64,000 nucleotides of DNA from Candidatus Woesebacteria bacterium RIFCSPLOWO2_01_FULL_44_24b. GTDB taxonomy: Bacteria; Patescibacteriota; Microgenomatia; UBA8517. The position numbers were made by a program, and so were the translations under genes. The first letter of the stretch is position 1; the number at the start of each line of letters is the position of its first letter. The stretch covers positions 2,971-66,970 of the forward strand of contig MGHM01000017.1 of the NCBI GenBank assembly GCA_001793235.1, in the 5' to 3' direction. Of this stretch, positions 1-10,843 are shown piece after piece. The notes beneath the pieces were generated by a model that saw nothing but the letters and a program-made list of their open reading frames with translations, was not told where the DNA came from and made no database searches.

Positions 1-1583
1 TTCCAGTTTTTATTCTCGGGAACCTTCTGGCCTCCAAGAACAATGTCGACTCCGCGCCCGGCCATGTTTGTAGCAACGGTTACTCCCTTATATTTTCCGG
101 CATCGGCTATAATCATAGCCTCCCGTTCGTGATTTTTAGCATTCAAAATGTTGTGCAGAATTTTCTTTCTTTTAAGAAGCTCACTGATAATTTCGTTTTT
201 CTCAACTGAAGTCGTCCCAACCAAAACCGGCTGGCCTTTTTTGTACCTTTCGACAATCTCCGCTGCCAAGGCTGTGTACTTCCCCCGGACAGTTTTATAA
301 ACCAAGTCTGACCTGTCCTTTCTTACCGCGGGCTTGTGCGTTGGCACCACAATTACGTCAAGGTTGTAAATTTTCCTGAACTCGTCTGCTTCAGTCGCGG
401 CGGTTCCAGTCATACCCGAGAGGTGCTCGTACATTCTGAAGTAATTCTGAAACGAAATTGTGGCCAAGGTTTTGCTTTCCTGCTGAATAGGAACGTCTTC
501 TTTTGCCTCAACTGCTTGGTGAAGGCCATCACTCCAGCGCCGCCCCGGCATTAAGCGACCGGTAAACTCGTCAACTATAATAACAGCCCCATCTTTAACA
601 ATATATTCACGATCTTTTAAATAATGGGCGCGTGCTCTGAGGGCATTTTCAATATGGTGAATTGTGTCAAAATCTTTTTCGTATAAATTAGTGACCCCTA
701 AGATTTTTTCAACTTTAGTAATGCCGTGCTCGGTTAAAGTTGCGCTTTTGGCCTTCTCGTCAATTGTGTAGTCAGTGTCGGCATTAAGGTTCCCCACAAG
801 CCGGGAAAATTTGTAGTATTTATCTGTCGGGTCTGTGTCTGGAGCTGAAATAATGAGTGGGGTTCGGGCTTCATCAACTAAAACCTGGTCTACCTCATCA
901 ACGATGGCAAAATAGTGACCTCGCTGGACCATCCTTGAGATTTCCGGCACCATGTTATCGCGCAAATAATCAAAGCCGAACTCGTTATTGGTGCCATAGG
1001 TAATGTCAGCAGCATAAGCCTCCTTGCGCTCTACAGGTTTCAGGTGACTAAGCCGCTCGTCGCCATGAGAAGTGTCTTCATATTCTTTATCATAAAGATA
1101 GCTTTTTTGCTCCTGGGCAATTACACCGACTGAAAGGCCCAAAAACTCATAAATCGGTGCATTCCAACCGGCACCAATGCGTGCCAAGTAGTCGTTAACG
1201 GTCACCAAATGCACACCGCGACCGGTCAAGGCTCTTAAATAAAGAGGCGCGGCCGCGGATAAAGTTTTCCCTTCACCGGTTTTTTGCTCGGCGATTTTGC
1301 CTTCAAATAAAGCAATACCCGCAAGAAGCTGGACATCATATGGCCGCATGCCCACTGTTCGGCTTGCAGCCTCGCGAACAAGCGCAAATGCCTCGGGCAA
1401 TAACTCTTCCAGTGTCTCCCCTTTTTGAAGTCTTTTTTTGAGCTCCTCGGTGGTTTTTGGAAAGTCTTTGTCCTTGAGTTTTTTAACCTTTTCTTCCTCT
1501 TTGTTAACCTTATCAACAATTTTATTGATTCGATTAACTTCCCGTTTATTTAAATCTATGATGTTACTGAAAATTTGAATCAT
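1..1583 (-). CDS. secA: Preprotein translocase subunit SecA (3' part runs off the window)
   Basis: Not in the ORF track. Manual translation from ATG at 1583: [15 protein letters not shown]...[22 protein letters not shown]...EQKTGEGKT...VTVNDYLA...[16 protein letters not shown]...IVDEVD...[11 protein letters not shown]. Confidence 0.97.
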   Translation of the reverse strand, partial: MIQIFSNIIDLNKREVNRINKIVDKVNKEEEKVKKLKDKDFPKTTEELKKRLQKGETLEELLPEAFALVREAASRTVGMRPYDVQLLAGIALFEGKIAEQKTGEGKTLSAAAPLYLRALTGRGVHLVTVNDYLARIGAGWNAPIYEFLGLSVGVIAQEQKSYLYDKEYEDTSHGDERLSHLKPVERKEAYAADITYGTNNEFGFDYLRDNMVPEISRMVQRGHYFAIVDEVDQVLVDEARTPLIISAPDTDPTDKYYKFSRLVGNLNADTDYTIDEKAKSATLTEHGITKVEKILGVTNLYEKDFDTIHHIENALRARAHYLKDREYIVKDGAVIIVDEFTGRLMPGRRWSDGLHQAVEAKEDVPIQQESKTLATISFQNYFRMYEHLSGMTGTAATEADEFRKIYNLDVIVVPTHKPAVRKDRSDLVYKTVRGKYTALAAEIVERYKKGQPVLVGTTSVEKNEIISELLKRKKILHNILNAKNHEREAMIIADAGKYKGVTVATNMAGRGVDIVLGGQKVPENKNW

Positions 1584-1642
1584 GACCCTTCATTATACTG
1601 CATTCAGGCTAATTTGCATTGCCCGGATATATAATATAACTT

Positions 1643-1843
1643 GTGGCAGCAGAAAGACCTCTTTTTAAGCGTTGGGTTGAAAAAGGATCTGAAATCTCTC
1701 AAAAAATTGATAAGATTTCTCTCGTGGCAGGCGCCGGTTTCTATATAATTGGAGTGGCCGGCATAGCCGCGATATTAATAGGGGGAACAATAATTACATA
1801 TCCCATTGCCGAAGTGACAAAGAAGTGGGCAAGGAAAGATTAA
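1643..1843 (+). CDS. Small membrane protein, hypothetical
   Basis: 66 aa ORF with a hydrophobic segment; TATAAT just upstream of the GTG. Confidence 0.6.
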   Translation: MAAERPLFKRWVEKGSEISQKIDKISLVAGAGFYIIGVAGIAAILIGGTIITYPIAEVTKKWARKD

Positions 1844-2226
1844 GTCTCTTCTCTCGATAATGAATCAATTTTCTCCAGGGCTGGCAAAAGAGCATCTCTC
1901 ACCATGCATATTTCTACTCCATCTAATTTTCGCCAATCCTCAACTTCACCAAGAAGATCACTTTCAACACCCATAATTATTTTATTCCCGTGTCTATCTA
2001 CTTGTATTTGCTCTTGATTATCTTTAAGTTCCTCTTCCGATAAATGCCTTATAACCAGATTTCCTTCTTCTATTTCAACCAACATATTGCTACGCACCGC
2101 CCTCTCGGCCACACCACCAACTAAATTTCCATTTTCTTCATTCGTTCTTTTGAGAATATCAAAAAATGCTTGAGTGTATCCCTTGTATTGTTCCGTCTCT
2201 TTGGTACTCGCTTCTGCCTCTGACAT
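1840..2226 (-). CDS. Hypothetical acidic protein
   Basis: ORF directly downstream of the methyltransferase; start MSEAEAS chosen. Confidence 0.65.
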   Translation of the reverse strand: MSEAEASTKETEQYKGYTQAFFDILKRTNEENGNLVGGVAERAVRSNMLVEIEEGNLVIRHLSEEELKDNQEQIQVDRHGNKIIMGVESDLLGEVEDWRKLDGVEICMVRDALLPALEKIDSLSREET

Positions 2227-2228
2227 TT

Positions 2229-2888
2229 TTAGTTTGTACAAACAAACATAATATTTGCTTCGGGGTACAACCTGTCTACTCTATTAAACACCTTTTGTAG
2301 AACTTTCTCAAACTTTATCGCGTTGTCACGCTCCCGCGGCCCGTAGAGCCTGTTAAATATTGCGATCCCATCTGGAGAAAGAATATCTTTTACCTGTTTA
2401 ATCAAGGTAACCGACTCGAATTTCTTTGGGAAACCTGCTCCTACATACGTATCAAAACATATGAGGTCGTATGTCGTATTTCGTATATTGTATATCGGGT
2501 CTTTCATTGCATCCTCGGCATCGGCAATAACGATGTTTACATTTTGTTTATCTAACTTCATGTATTTCTTTCCCAACCCCACAATCACGGGATCTATATC
2601 AACACCGGTTGTGTCGACTTCGGGCCAGTTTTTCCTGACCAATTTTGCAATTGACCCGCCCCCCAAGCCAACTATCAAACAGCCTTTTACTCTTTCACTC
2701 TTCCACTCTTTCACTCTATTTAATGTGCTTTTCCAAATAACTTCAGCAAGCCCACCGGACTGTGGAAGCCCGCCGCCACGGATATAGGTGCCATAAGTCA
2801 GGTCGCGAATGACAGTCAGCTCGCCGTTAATGTCCGAGTTTACAGTCTTTAGCACCACCCGCCCCTCCAGTAAGTTTGTTAGAGACAT
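2229..2888 (-). CDS. Spermidine-synthase-like class I SAM-dependent methyltransferase
   Basis: LIVGLGGGS motif I, GVDID, IADA, YDLICFD. Confidence 0.85.
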   Translation of the reverse strand: MSLTNLLEGRVVLKTVNSDINGELTVIRDLTYGTYIRGGGLPQSGGLAEVIWKSTLNRVKEWKSERVKGCLIVGLGGGSIAKLVRKNWPEVDTTGVDIDPVIVGLGKKYMKLDKQNVNIVIADAEDAMKDPIYNIRNTTYDLICFDTYVGAGFPKKFESVTLIKQVKDILSPDGIAIFNRLYGPRERDNAIKFEKVLQKVFNRVDRLYPEANIMFVCTN

Positions 2889-2933
2889 TTATTGATGTCC
2901 CTCTATTGAATTATTCTGATATTATATGCTCAA

Positions 2934-4505
2934 ATGAGCCAGTTTGAAAGGGAAGGGCAAATCTACCTAGGCCGGGAAGTGGAACCAGATAGTGAGAAAA
3001 AAGAATATACAATAGAACCCTCATACGATGCAGCATGGTTTTTAGGAGTTCTTTCCACAGCAGGCTACACTAGAATTCAAGGCAAAAGATACGCCGTACG
3101 TCTTCAAACACAGGATAGTGAGCTAATTGAAAAATTCAGTGCTTTAGGAGAGCAGATCTTAGAGACAAAACCTATTCTTTATACAAACGAGTACTCTGAT
3201 CCCAATAGAAAAATGAGCCAGACAGTTCAATTTTCTGGTAAAAAAGCCGTAACACAAACTGGAGATATGAGAAAAAGTATATGGCCAGCAACAATTGCTA
3301 GAAATCATTCTTGGATAATGGAAGATGATATATATTTATGGAAATTTATTGAAGGCATGTTTGATGCATCAGGACACATAGGAATAGCAGAGAGCTCCAA
3401 AGGAGTTAGGGGATACCTTAGAATTAATTGCCCAACTCAAGAAGGGCTTGTATTTATAAATTCCCTTCTCCAAAGACTTGAATTCAGAAACTCACAAGTT
3501 TATTTAAACCCTAAAGGTCGTGTTGGGTACATAAGAAACTATAGCCAAGAAGAGGTTGTAAATTTCTCTCTTAGCATAAATTCCTGTATAACACAAAAAC
3601 AGGAAAGCCTAGAGATAATGAGAAAAAAAGGAGTTGAAATTGCAAGAAGGAAGGAAAAATCCGAAAGAATAGAAGAACCTTCAACAAACTTAGCGTGGAC
3701 TTTGGGTGTTCTCTCAGCGGCAGGTCATGTAGACCCTAGTGGAGGGAGCATCGGAATAGTAAACAAACACGAAGAACTATTAAAAAAATTTTTGACGGTA
3801 GGTCAGGAGTTGTTCGGTACAACTGGATATCGTTTCAGACTTCAAGGAAAACACCCCGCGATAAAATTCAGTGATACCGCGAGTGCCAGAATTATAGGTG
3901 ACCTACGTTTCACTAACTGGGTTGCTAGAGTAAAGGAAAAATACCCCTGGCTAATTGACAAAGAGTATATATGGGATTTCCTCAGAGGATTCTTTGATGC
4001 TAGAGGGTACGTTAGCGATTTCAACGAATCAGCAGCTTCAAATTTACTGCTTACTCATCCGGACAAAAAAGGATGTAATTTTTTGCAAGACATATTGTTC
4101 GGGTTAGATTTTTCAAATCCTATTGTTGTAAAGAATAAGACCTACAAACAGGGTGTTCGAGGTGTACTTCTCGCGAGAAACGAGGATATAAAAAAGTTTG
4201 CTCAAAGTTTACACTCATGTATACCTGAAAAAGAGGAACGATTAGAAAAATTCCGACATATAATTTATAAAGAAAGCGAAGATCACAAAAGGATTGTTGA
4301 GGCATATGATAAAGTCTTTGAGGTTAGGCGACTCACTGGTTTAGGTTTATACGAGATCTCAAAACTCCCAGAAATAGCTAGCTATGAAATCCCGATAGCT
4401 ACTCTAAGAAAGTGGTTGTTTTACGATGCTAATCCCAGAAACACAAGGCGTAAAGGATTCAAATGGACAAACCCTATTGACATCAAAAAGCCTGACGATA
4501 TATAA
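2934..4505 (+). CDS. Tandem LAGLIDADG-like domain protein (four degenerate motifs) with C-terminal HTH-like region
   Basis: AWFLGVLSTAG / KFIEGMFDASG / AWTLGVLSAAG / DFLRGFFDARG; two similar ~210 aa halves; C-terminal GLGLYEISK...IPIATLRKWL. Confidence 0.75.
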   Translation: MSQFEREGQIYLGREVEPDSEKKEYTIEPSYDAAWFLGVLSTAGYTRIQGKRYAVRLQTQDSELIEKFSALGEQILETKPILYTNEYSDPNRKMSQTVQFSGKKAVTQTGDMRKSIWPATIARNHSWIMEDDIYLWKFIEGMFDASGHIGIAESSKGVRGYLRINCPTQEGLVFINSLLQRLEFRNSQVYLNPKGRVGYIRNYSQEEVVNFSLSINSCITQKQESLEIMRKKGVEIARRKEKSERIEEPSTNLAWTLGVLSAAGHVDPSGGSIGIVNKHEELLKKFLTVGQELFGTTGYRFRLQGKHPAIKFSDTASARIIGDLRFTNWVARVKEKYPWLIDKEYIWDFLRGFFDARGYVSDFNESAASNLLLTHPDKKGCNFLQDILFGLDFSNPIVVKNKTYKQGVRGVLLARNEDIKKFAQSLHSCIPEKEERLEKFRHIIYKESEDHKRIVEAYDKVFEVRRLTGLGLYEISKLPEIASYEIPIATLRKWLFYDANPRNTRRKGFKWTNPIDIKKPDDI

Positions 4506-4514
4506 ACACTAATC

Positions 4515-6443
4515 ATGCCAGAGAGATCAAAAGGAAAAGAACATAAAGAAATAATACACATACCGGTGGAAGAACTTGCAAAGGATAACCCTCAAATCGA
4601 AACTCCCAACCCTACTAGCTATGACGACATGGTAACTTCTTTTGCTCCTGGTCTATTTGATTCTATTAAGGTGGCAAGAGTTGACTTTGTTGAACAAGGG
4701 CAAATGGTATCGCGTTGGGGGATAGTAGATGGCAACTCCAAAACCAAATTCGCATATGACCACGGAAAAGAACATGGAATTACCGAGTTGGAATGCTACG
4801 ACGCTACACAAGAGTTATTGAGAAACCCAAGAATTGCGGACAGACCTGGTATTAAGAAAAATTCTCTTTCCATCAATGAATATCTAAGAGCAGTTATCCC
4901 ACCCACAAGAGAACATCGTGATATTGCAGCCAGAAGAATTGCTGGTCATATTACTCAAGGGTGGGATGGCTTGGTAGGCCAAGATATCTCTCGAGAATTC
5001 ACTGCTTCCGCGGCCTTAAGCTTACTAAATGACCCAAGAATCTCGACTTCCACAGAATTCTTACTGGCAAGATCAATTTCCAAACTGGACACGATTATAT
5101 CGAACGAAACAGAAGAAAAAAGGCAAATTATTCAGCAAGCTCTCGTTGAAATGAACTATATTCTTCAAGAAAGCCAACTACGACCTGGTGCTGTCTATAA
5201 GGAAATATTTATTTTGGTAGCATCAAAAGACCCGATGATTGGCGGAGCAAAGCAGGCATTACATCAAATGCATGGAGTTCTGAACCTGCCAGCTTTCCAG
5301 TCTAAGCTTGATGAATTAGGTCAAAGAGATATCGCTACTCAGAAGATTACTCAAGATAAACTTGCAAATTTGGCCCTTGAAACTATGAGTCGATTAGAAA
5401 AGGGAAACCAGGATCCGTCGTTGATTCCCACGATACTCCTCGATCAAAATTTAACTTTGGAAGAAACATCTGAAGTCATCTCGAGTGAGCAGGTTGCCAT
5501 AAGGTACGATGAAGTAAGACAAGCCAAACGCAGAAAAGATATAACACAGTCATACTCCGAACTAAAGGGCAGTGCCAGTATCTCCGATCTAGAATTAGAA
5601 TTAATATCAAGGTTTTCTGAGATAAACTTAAAGAGGGAGCAGTTTAAAGACGTTGCAAAGGTTATCCACAAAACGTCCACGACAGTCAATAATGTTACTA
5701 ATCTACTCCTACATATCGAATCTGAGCAAGATTCTTTAACTGAAAGAGGGGTAAAACAAACAACGCTGGATAAAGTTGGGGAGGTACTCTCGGATAATCT
5801 ACAAAATCTAGCTGCTTCTCAATCTCATCATCAACTTAGGCTACGAGAAAATGAGCTAAACACGGCCTATCAAGAATCACTAGAAGCAATACAAAGAGAT
5901 CGGGTTATAGTAAAAACCCAAGCGCAGATAGACTCCCTTATAAGACCAAGGTTAGCAAACTCATTCCGACCAGAAGTTACTGCTGCACTAGAAAAAAGAA
6001 CATTTTTGTATCTCATGGCGCACACCGGGGAGGAAATAAATAATATAGTTCCCCAGTTAATCGATCTGGATATAGACCTTTTAGTACGAGTGGTTGACGG
6101 CTCAGTAACACTTCAACACGCCAAAAACTTACAGAATGGAAGAAACTCGGAATGGCCACTGCCAACAGAACTTCCCCGTAAGGAAATTCCTGCAGAAATT
6201 GCAGAAATACAAAATCTCAAACTTTCAGAAGCTTTAAATAACCTTATTGACGTAATGCAATTTATCGAGTTAAACCCAGATTACTTAACCGTGGAAAATA
6301 AAGAAAAGGGCTGGCAAACAATTGTTGCTTTGGTAAAAATTGTCCACGGCCACCCAGATGCCAAGAGAATGATTGAAGATTATGATTCGTTATTAAAAAA
6401 GGTTATTAGATTACAAGAGCAACTTACCATAAAAAGGGACTAG
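4515..6443 (+). CDS. Hypothetical protein with ParB/Srx-like N-terminus and long helical C-terminus
   Basis: IPVEEL..NP...WGIVDGNSK resembles the ParB 'IxDGxxR' box; 642 aa; 9 bp after the previous gene. Confidence 0.55.
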   Translation: MPERSKGKEHKEIIHIPVEELAKDNPQIETPNPTSYDDMVTSFAPGLFDSIKVARVDFVEQGQMVSRWGIVDGNSKTKFAYDHGKEHGITELECYDATQELLRNPRIADRPGIKKNSLSINEYLRAVIPPTREHRDIAARRIAGHITQGWDGLVGQDISREFTASAALSLLNDPRISTSTEFLLARSISKLDTIISNETEEKRQIIQQALVEMNYILQESQLRPGAVYKEIFILVASKDPMIGGAKQALHQMHGVLNLPAFQSKLDELGQRDIATQKITQDKLANLALETMSRLEKGNQDPSLIPTILLDQNLTLEETSEVISSEQVAIRYDEVRQAKRRKDITQSYSELKGSASISDLELELISRFSEINLKREQFKDVAKVIHKTSTTVNNVTNLLLHIESEQDSLTERGVKQTTLDKVGEVLSDNLQNLAASQSHHQLRLRENELNTAYQESLEAIQRDRVIVKTQAQIDSLIRPRLANSFRPEVTAALEKRTFLYLMAHTGEEINNIVPQLIDLDIDLLVRVVDGSVTLQHAKNLQNGRNSEWPLPTELPRKEIPAEIAEIQNLKLSEALNNLIDVMQFIELNPDYLTVENKEKGWQTIVALVKIVHGHPDAKRMIEDYDSLLKKVIRLQEQLTIKRD

Positions 6444-6482
6444 ACTATTTACTTCGTCTTTTATTGGGGATAGAATATCTAT

Positions 6483-7646
6483 ATGGCAAATGCACCTCTT
6501 GCTGAGAAGCTAAGACCAAAGAAATTAAGTGAGTTTATCGGGCAAAGTAATTTGGTCGGAAAAGAAGGAATAATTAGAAAACTCCTTGCCCCAAACGTAG
6601 CCAGAGGCGAAGTGGGGTTCCCGTCACTCATTTTCTGGGGGCCTCCGGGAAGCGGCAAAACAACTTTAGCCCGCATTATTGCCGGTGAGCTCCAGAGACA
6701 ATATTTTGAAATATCTGCCGTCAATGCCTCGTCAAAAGAAATTCAAAAACTGGTCAAGGATAACTCCAACTTTATTCTCTTTATTGACGAGATTCATCGG
6801 TTCAACAAAGCCCAACAAGACAGGCTTTTGCCATATGTGGAAAGGGGAGATTTTATTTTAATTGGTGCAACTACTGAAAACCCATCTTTTGAAGTAATTG
6901 CGCCACTCCTTTCCCGCTCACGGGTGCTGGTTTTAAAACAGCATTCAGAAAAAGAGTTAGAGCTAATCTTAAACAAAGCTCTGAAATACTTAAAAATTAA
7001 AATAGATAAAAAGGCAGAGGAGTTTTTGGTTGAGAGCTCAAACGGCGACGCGCGAGTTTTAATAAATGTTTTAGAAATTGCAAATTCGCTAAAGACTAAA
7101 TATAAAATACTTGATACCACGATTATAGAAAACGCTCTTCAGAGACGTCAGCTTACGTTCGACAAACAAGGCGAGGAGTACTACAACGTCATTTCGGCGT
7201 TTATTAAAAGCATGAGAGCTTCCCAACCCGATGCAGTTCTTTATTATTTAGCGCGAATGGTGGAAGCCGGCCAGGACCCCTTGTATATTGCCAGACGCAT
7301 GGTTGTTTTCGCCAGTGAAGACATTGGCATGGCCCAGCCGACTGCACTGGTCGTTGCCAATGAAGTCTTTCGTGCATGCGAAACTATTGGCTATCCGGAA
7401 TGCGCAATAAATCTGGCTCACGGCGTGGTCTATTTGGCAACGGCCAAAAAGGACCGCTCGGCATATAATGCCTACATGGCGGCACTTTCAGATGTCCGCC
7501 AGCACGGCAATCTTCCGGTTCCCATGAATATCCGAAACCCCTCAACAAAACTCATGAAAGGTTTGGGCTATAGCAAAGGCTACGAAAAATATGATACTCA
7601 AAGTTATTTACCCGATAGACTTAAAGGTAAGAAGTATTATAATTGA
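6483..7646 (+). CDS. rarA: Replication-associated recombination protein A (MgsA/RarA AAA+ ATPase)
   Basis: [56 protein letters not shown]. Confidence 0.95.
   Translation: MANAPLAEKLRPKKLSEFIGQSNLVGKEGIIRKLLAPNVARGEVGFPSLIFWGPPGSGKTTLARIIAGELQRQYFEISAVNASSKEIQKLVKDNSNFILFIDEIHRFNKAQQDRLLPYVERGDFILIGATTENPSFEVIAPLLSRSRVLVLKQHSEKELELILNKALKYLKIKIDKKAEEFLVESSNGDARVLINVLEIANSLKTKYKILDTTIIENALQRRQLTFDKQGEEYYNVISAFIKSMRASQPDAVLYYLARMVEAGQDPLYIARRMVVFASEDIGMAQPTALVVANEVFRACETIGYPECAINLAHGVVYLATAKKDRSAYNAYMAALSDVRQHGNLPVPMNIRNPSTKLMKGLGYSKGYEKYDTQSYLPDRLKGKKYYN
6589..6617. repeat. REP-like palindromic element inside the rarA coding region
   Basis: CCCCAAACGTAGCCAGAGGCGAAGTGGGG shares the core CGTAGCC-n-GGCGAAG with the intergenic copy at 56955-56981. 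Confidence 0.55.
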
Positions 7647-7649
7647 TTT

Positions 7650-8267
7650 ATGCCAGACGAATTTACAGATCCTACTGAGCACAAGCCAGAAAGTAAATCT
7701 CTGAGTTCTCCAGCCGAAGAAATAAATGCTCTACCTTCCATAGATCAAAGATATGAAACAGGATTAAGTCAAATTGCTAAAGAATTTAGCGATCAAGACA
7801 GGGCCAAAGAACTTACTATTGTTGCAGCCCAGTCACTAAAGCACTTTTTCGACAAAGAGGTTTACGGGGATCCAGAACTTAATGGGATTGATAAACTACC
7901 AACATATTGGTCATATGTTAGATTTTTAACTTGGGATAAGTTGAGACCTCATCTGGGACACGGGGAAACAGAATATGCAAACCACAACTATTCAGACAAA
8001 TTCCTCCAAGATATAAGCGACGAAGCAAATCAAATTTCTGAGCTGATGCCTGAAAATTTAAAACCAGAAGAATGGCATTTTATGGTGCGCGTTTGGTCCC
8101 ATATGCTAATGTCCGATCCTTTTTTGGTGAGACAAGGTTACATTACCGAAGAAGGACGTGACCATATGATTACACATGCTCTGTATGCTGGCCCTTCAGA
8201 TGAAATGTATCATTCGCGATTTAGTCAATGGAGGGATAACCTCTCAACAGGAATAAGAGAATCATAA
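7650..8267 (+). CDS. Hypothetical protein
   Basis: 205 aa ORF, 3 bp after the rarA stop. Confidence 0.7.
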   Translation: MPDEFTDPTEHKPESKSLSSPAEEINALPSIDQRYETGLSQIAKEFSDQDRAKELTIVAAQSLKHFFDKEVYGDPELNGIDKLPTYWSYVRFLTWDKLRPHLGHGETEYANHNYSDKFLQDISDEANQISELMPENLKPEEWHFMVRVWSHMLMSDPFLVRQGYITEEGRDHMITHALYAGPSDEMYHSRFSQWRDNLSTGIRES

Positions 8268-8899
8268 TAAAGACAAAGAATAAAATCAAAGCAGTTTTTA
8301 TTGACTGGAATGGTACATTATCTAACTCGAAATTTTTTGGGCATCTAGAAACGGAAAGTCCACAACTATACTCCAGAGTCCAAGATACACTTTTCGGTGG
8401 ACAATTAAGCCACCTGCTAAACCCCTGGATGATTGGAGACTTTGATAGCGAAACCGTCATAAAACACTTGGCAAATAAACTAGATTATCCGTTTAGCAAG
8501 CTCTTCGGCGAGTTTATTAAATCTTGCGAAAATATGCTTATTGATCCGGAAGTTCTTAGCTTGGTTGGTAAAATTAGGGCCAAGAAAATTAAGGTTGTGG
8601 TAGCGACAGACAATATGGATTCCTTCGACAGATGGACGTCGTCTTCGTTAAACCTGAAGAACCACTTCGACGCACTCCTTAATTCTTACAATATAAAGGC
8701 TAGAAAAAATGATTTCGACGAGAATGGTAACAGTTTGTTCTTTGGTGACTACCTAAGCACGCACAAATTGAGCCCTTCAGAAACTATACTAATTGATGAC
8801 TCTGAAGACAAGGAAAATTTACTATCAAACTACGGGGTCAATTGCAGAAAAATAGAATATGGGACAGGACTTAAAGAAGAACTTCGAAACATATTATAA
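8267..8899 (+). CDS. HAD-superfamily hydrolase (start uncertain, possibly non-canonical ATA)
   Basis: The frame is open upstream of ATG 8429 and encodes HAD motif I (IKAVFIDWNGTLS); also ATDN and LIDDS motifs. Confidence 0.75.
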   Translation: MKTKNKIKAVFIDWNGTLSNSKFFGHLETESPQLYSRVQDTLFGGQLSHLLNPWMIGDFDSETVIKHLANKLDYPFSKLFGEFIKSCENMLIDPEVLSLVGKIRAKKIKVVVATDNMDSFDRWTSSSLNLKNHFDALLNSYNIKARKNDFDENGNSLFFGDYLSTHKLSPSETILIDDSEDKENLLSNYGVNCRKIEYGTGLKEELRNIL

Positions 8900-8912
8900 G
8901 AGGAAAAAAGTA

Positions 8913-9206
8913 TTATTGACGTGCTCGTTCGTCCAATACCTTTTCCAGATGCGATAGCGCAGAAGTCGGTTTCCCAATTCGAACAAAATGACCGCTTATC
9001 ACGCCACCCGGAATCACGGTTTCTCCTCCATCCTCAGGATTGGAAATCGCTGCCACCGGGCAACCGCCATCTGATTTATAACCCAATTGGGCCACTATTT
9101 TTTCGTCATCAAATATTGGGCATGTTCCTGTCCAAATAAAGATGCAGTTTGCTGCCTTACAGTTATAATCTGAAACTACAGTTGCTTTTAATCTCTCCGA
9201 GTCCAT
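8913..9206 (-). CDS. Small Cys-containing hypothetical protein
   Basis: 97 aa ORF with four Cys, filling the gap between + strand genes. Confidence 0.55.
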   Translation of the reverse strand: MDSERLKATVVSDYNCKAANCIFIWTGTCPIFDDEKIVAQLGYKSDGGCPVAAISNPEDGGETVIPGGVISGHFVRIGKPTSALSHLEKVLDERARQ

Positions 9207-9271
9207 GGCCTAATATATACTCCCATTACCAAATTTTGTCAAAAGGACTTACTATTAGTATAATTCGTTTT

Positions 9272-9997
9272 ATGTATTCATACAAAGATATCTTCGGAGA
9301 TAAAAAGCGAGTTCTTTTTGTGATGGCCCATCCGGATGATGCCGATGTTTTTTTTGGAGGAATAATTTCGCTTCTGAGGCAAGACAAAAAAGAAGTATTT
9401 GTTTTAGTCATGACTAATGGTTGCCGCGGTAGCCGCGATAATCACATTTCCGAAGACGCCCTCGCGGAAGCCAGAACTGGCGAGCAAAAAAATGCGTTAA
9501 AACAATATGGTGTGCCGGGTACTAACTTTATTTCATTAAATTATAAAGACGGCGAAGCTGAGAATAATATGGAGTTAATCGGCAAAATTGCTTATGTTGT
9601 ACGAAAATTCAAACCAGATATTGTTTGTACGCATAATCCTAATTCATTTTTCTCAAAAAGCTTTACCCAAGATCATTATCATGTTAATCACAAAGACCAT
9701 CGAATTTGCGGCACGTCAACCATGGATGCCGTTTACCCCTTTAGCCGCGACAGAAGCTTTTTTATTGAACACACCCAAGAGGGACTACACCCGCATATCG
9801 TGCGCGCAATGCTATTTACGGCAACTCCAGAGCAGATTAACACCAAAATTGATATCGAAAAAGTCATTAAAACAAAGAAAAATGGAATGGCCAAACACAA
9901 AAGCCAGTTTAACAAGGAAAAGATCGAAGAAATACTCGGGCATTTTAAGGATGGTAAAAATGACGTGGAGAGAGGATTTTATATTAAATTAGGATAA
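9272..9997 (+). CDS. PIG-L/LmbE family deacetylase
   Basis: AHPDDAD, TNG.RG, KPDIVCTH, HKDH, HKSQF motifs; TATAAT 7 nt before ATG 9272. Confidence 0.9.
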   Translation: MYSYKDIFGDKKRVLFVMAHPDDADVFFGGIISLLRQDKKEVFVLVMTNGCRGSRDNHISEDALAEARTGEQKNALKQYGVPGTNFISLNYKDGEAENNMELIGKIAYVVRKFKPDIVCTHNPNSFFSKSFTQDHYHVNHKDHRICGTSTMDAVYPFSRDRSFFIEHTQEGLHPHIVRAMLFTATPEQINTKIDIEKVIKTKKNGMAKHKSQFNKEKIEEILGHFKDGKNDVERGFYIKLG

Positions 9998-10010
9998 GTT
10001 AACAATCCCC

Positions 10011-10826
10011 ATGGTAGAAAATCTTTCCGTAAGGTATAACAACGATAGAGATATTAGAATGGACTTATTGCCACCCCAAGAAGTCACTATAAGTCATATA
10101 GGGGTTAATAACATTCCCTATATAGTTGATCTTGATAAACAAGCTGCCGAAGGTTTATTACATTTAGAGGGAGTACGCAAAGGTTTACCTGTTGACATCG
10201 CATTCGATTATTCTACGGACAATCGAACTGACAAAAGGCTAGAAGAGATCAGAAATAAGTATAAAGATCTCGATAGCAGTGTAGAATTTGCGAATATGCA
10301 CTTGGCTGAATGGAATGTACTATCTAGTTTTTTCTTGGTCCTTTCAACTAGATCAGCATTGGGTTACTTTTTCGAGAAAAACAATAGACTTCAAACTACT
10401 GTAAACGTGGGAACACACCACTATTTCTTTAATGATGAAAAAGACTTCAGACACAGTATCGCATCAACTCTGGCACATGAGATAGGGCATGCCAGGCAAC
10501 CAGCTGACATTCCAACTATGAGGTCTTCATCGATTGAGAAAATTAAGAAGTTATATGAGGTTTATATCCAAACTGTCCTGGGAGAATCAAAGTTACCTAA
10601 ATTGTCAGACAAGCTCTTGTCACACTTGGCCGAAAATACTAAACATCCAGAATTTATTGAGTTACCCAATAACGTCGTTATGACTTTGAATAGCTTAATG
10701 GATCACTTACCTAATATCTTAGCTTTGATTCCGTACTATGTTGTCGAGTCCGAGAGATTTGCAAGAGAATACGCTAAAAGTGCAACTCCAGCTTGGGAAG
10801 AGTTGATTACACTCAGAAAGCTATAG
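10011..10826 (+). CDS. Hypothetical zincin-like metallopeptidase
   Basis: TLAHEIGH (HExxH) with a downstream ESERFA glutamate. Confidence 0.6.
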   Translation: MVENLSVRYNNDRDIRMDLLPPQEVTISHIGVNNIPYIVDLDKQAAEGLLHLEGVRKGLPVDIAFDYSTDNRTDKRLEEIRNKYKDLDSSVEFANMHLAEWNVLSSFFLVLSTRSALGYFFEKNNRLQTTVNVGTHHYFFNDEKDFRHSIASTLAHEIGHARQPADIPTMRSSSIEKIKKLYEVYIQTVLGESKLPKLSDKLLSHLAENTKHPEFIELPNNVVMTLNSLMDHLPNILALIPYYVVESERFAREYAKSATPAWEELITLRKL

Positions 10827-10843
10827 ATGAAACTAGCATCACG

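Noticed and set aside
2934..4505. Intein or group I intron-encoded homing endonuclease
   Set aside because: No Hint splicing residues, no interrupted host gene or RNA, and the catalytic acidic residues appear to be lost
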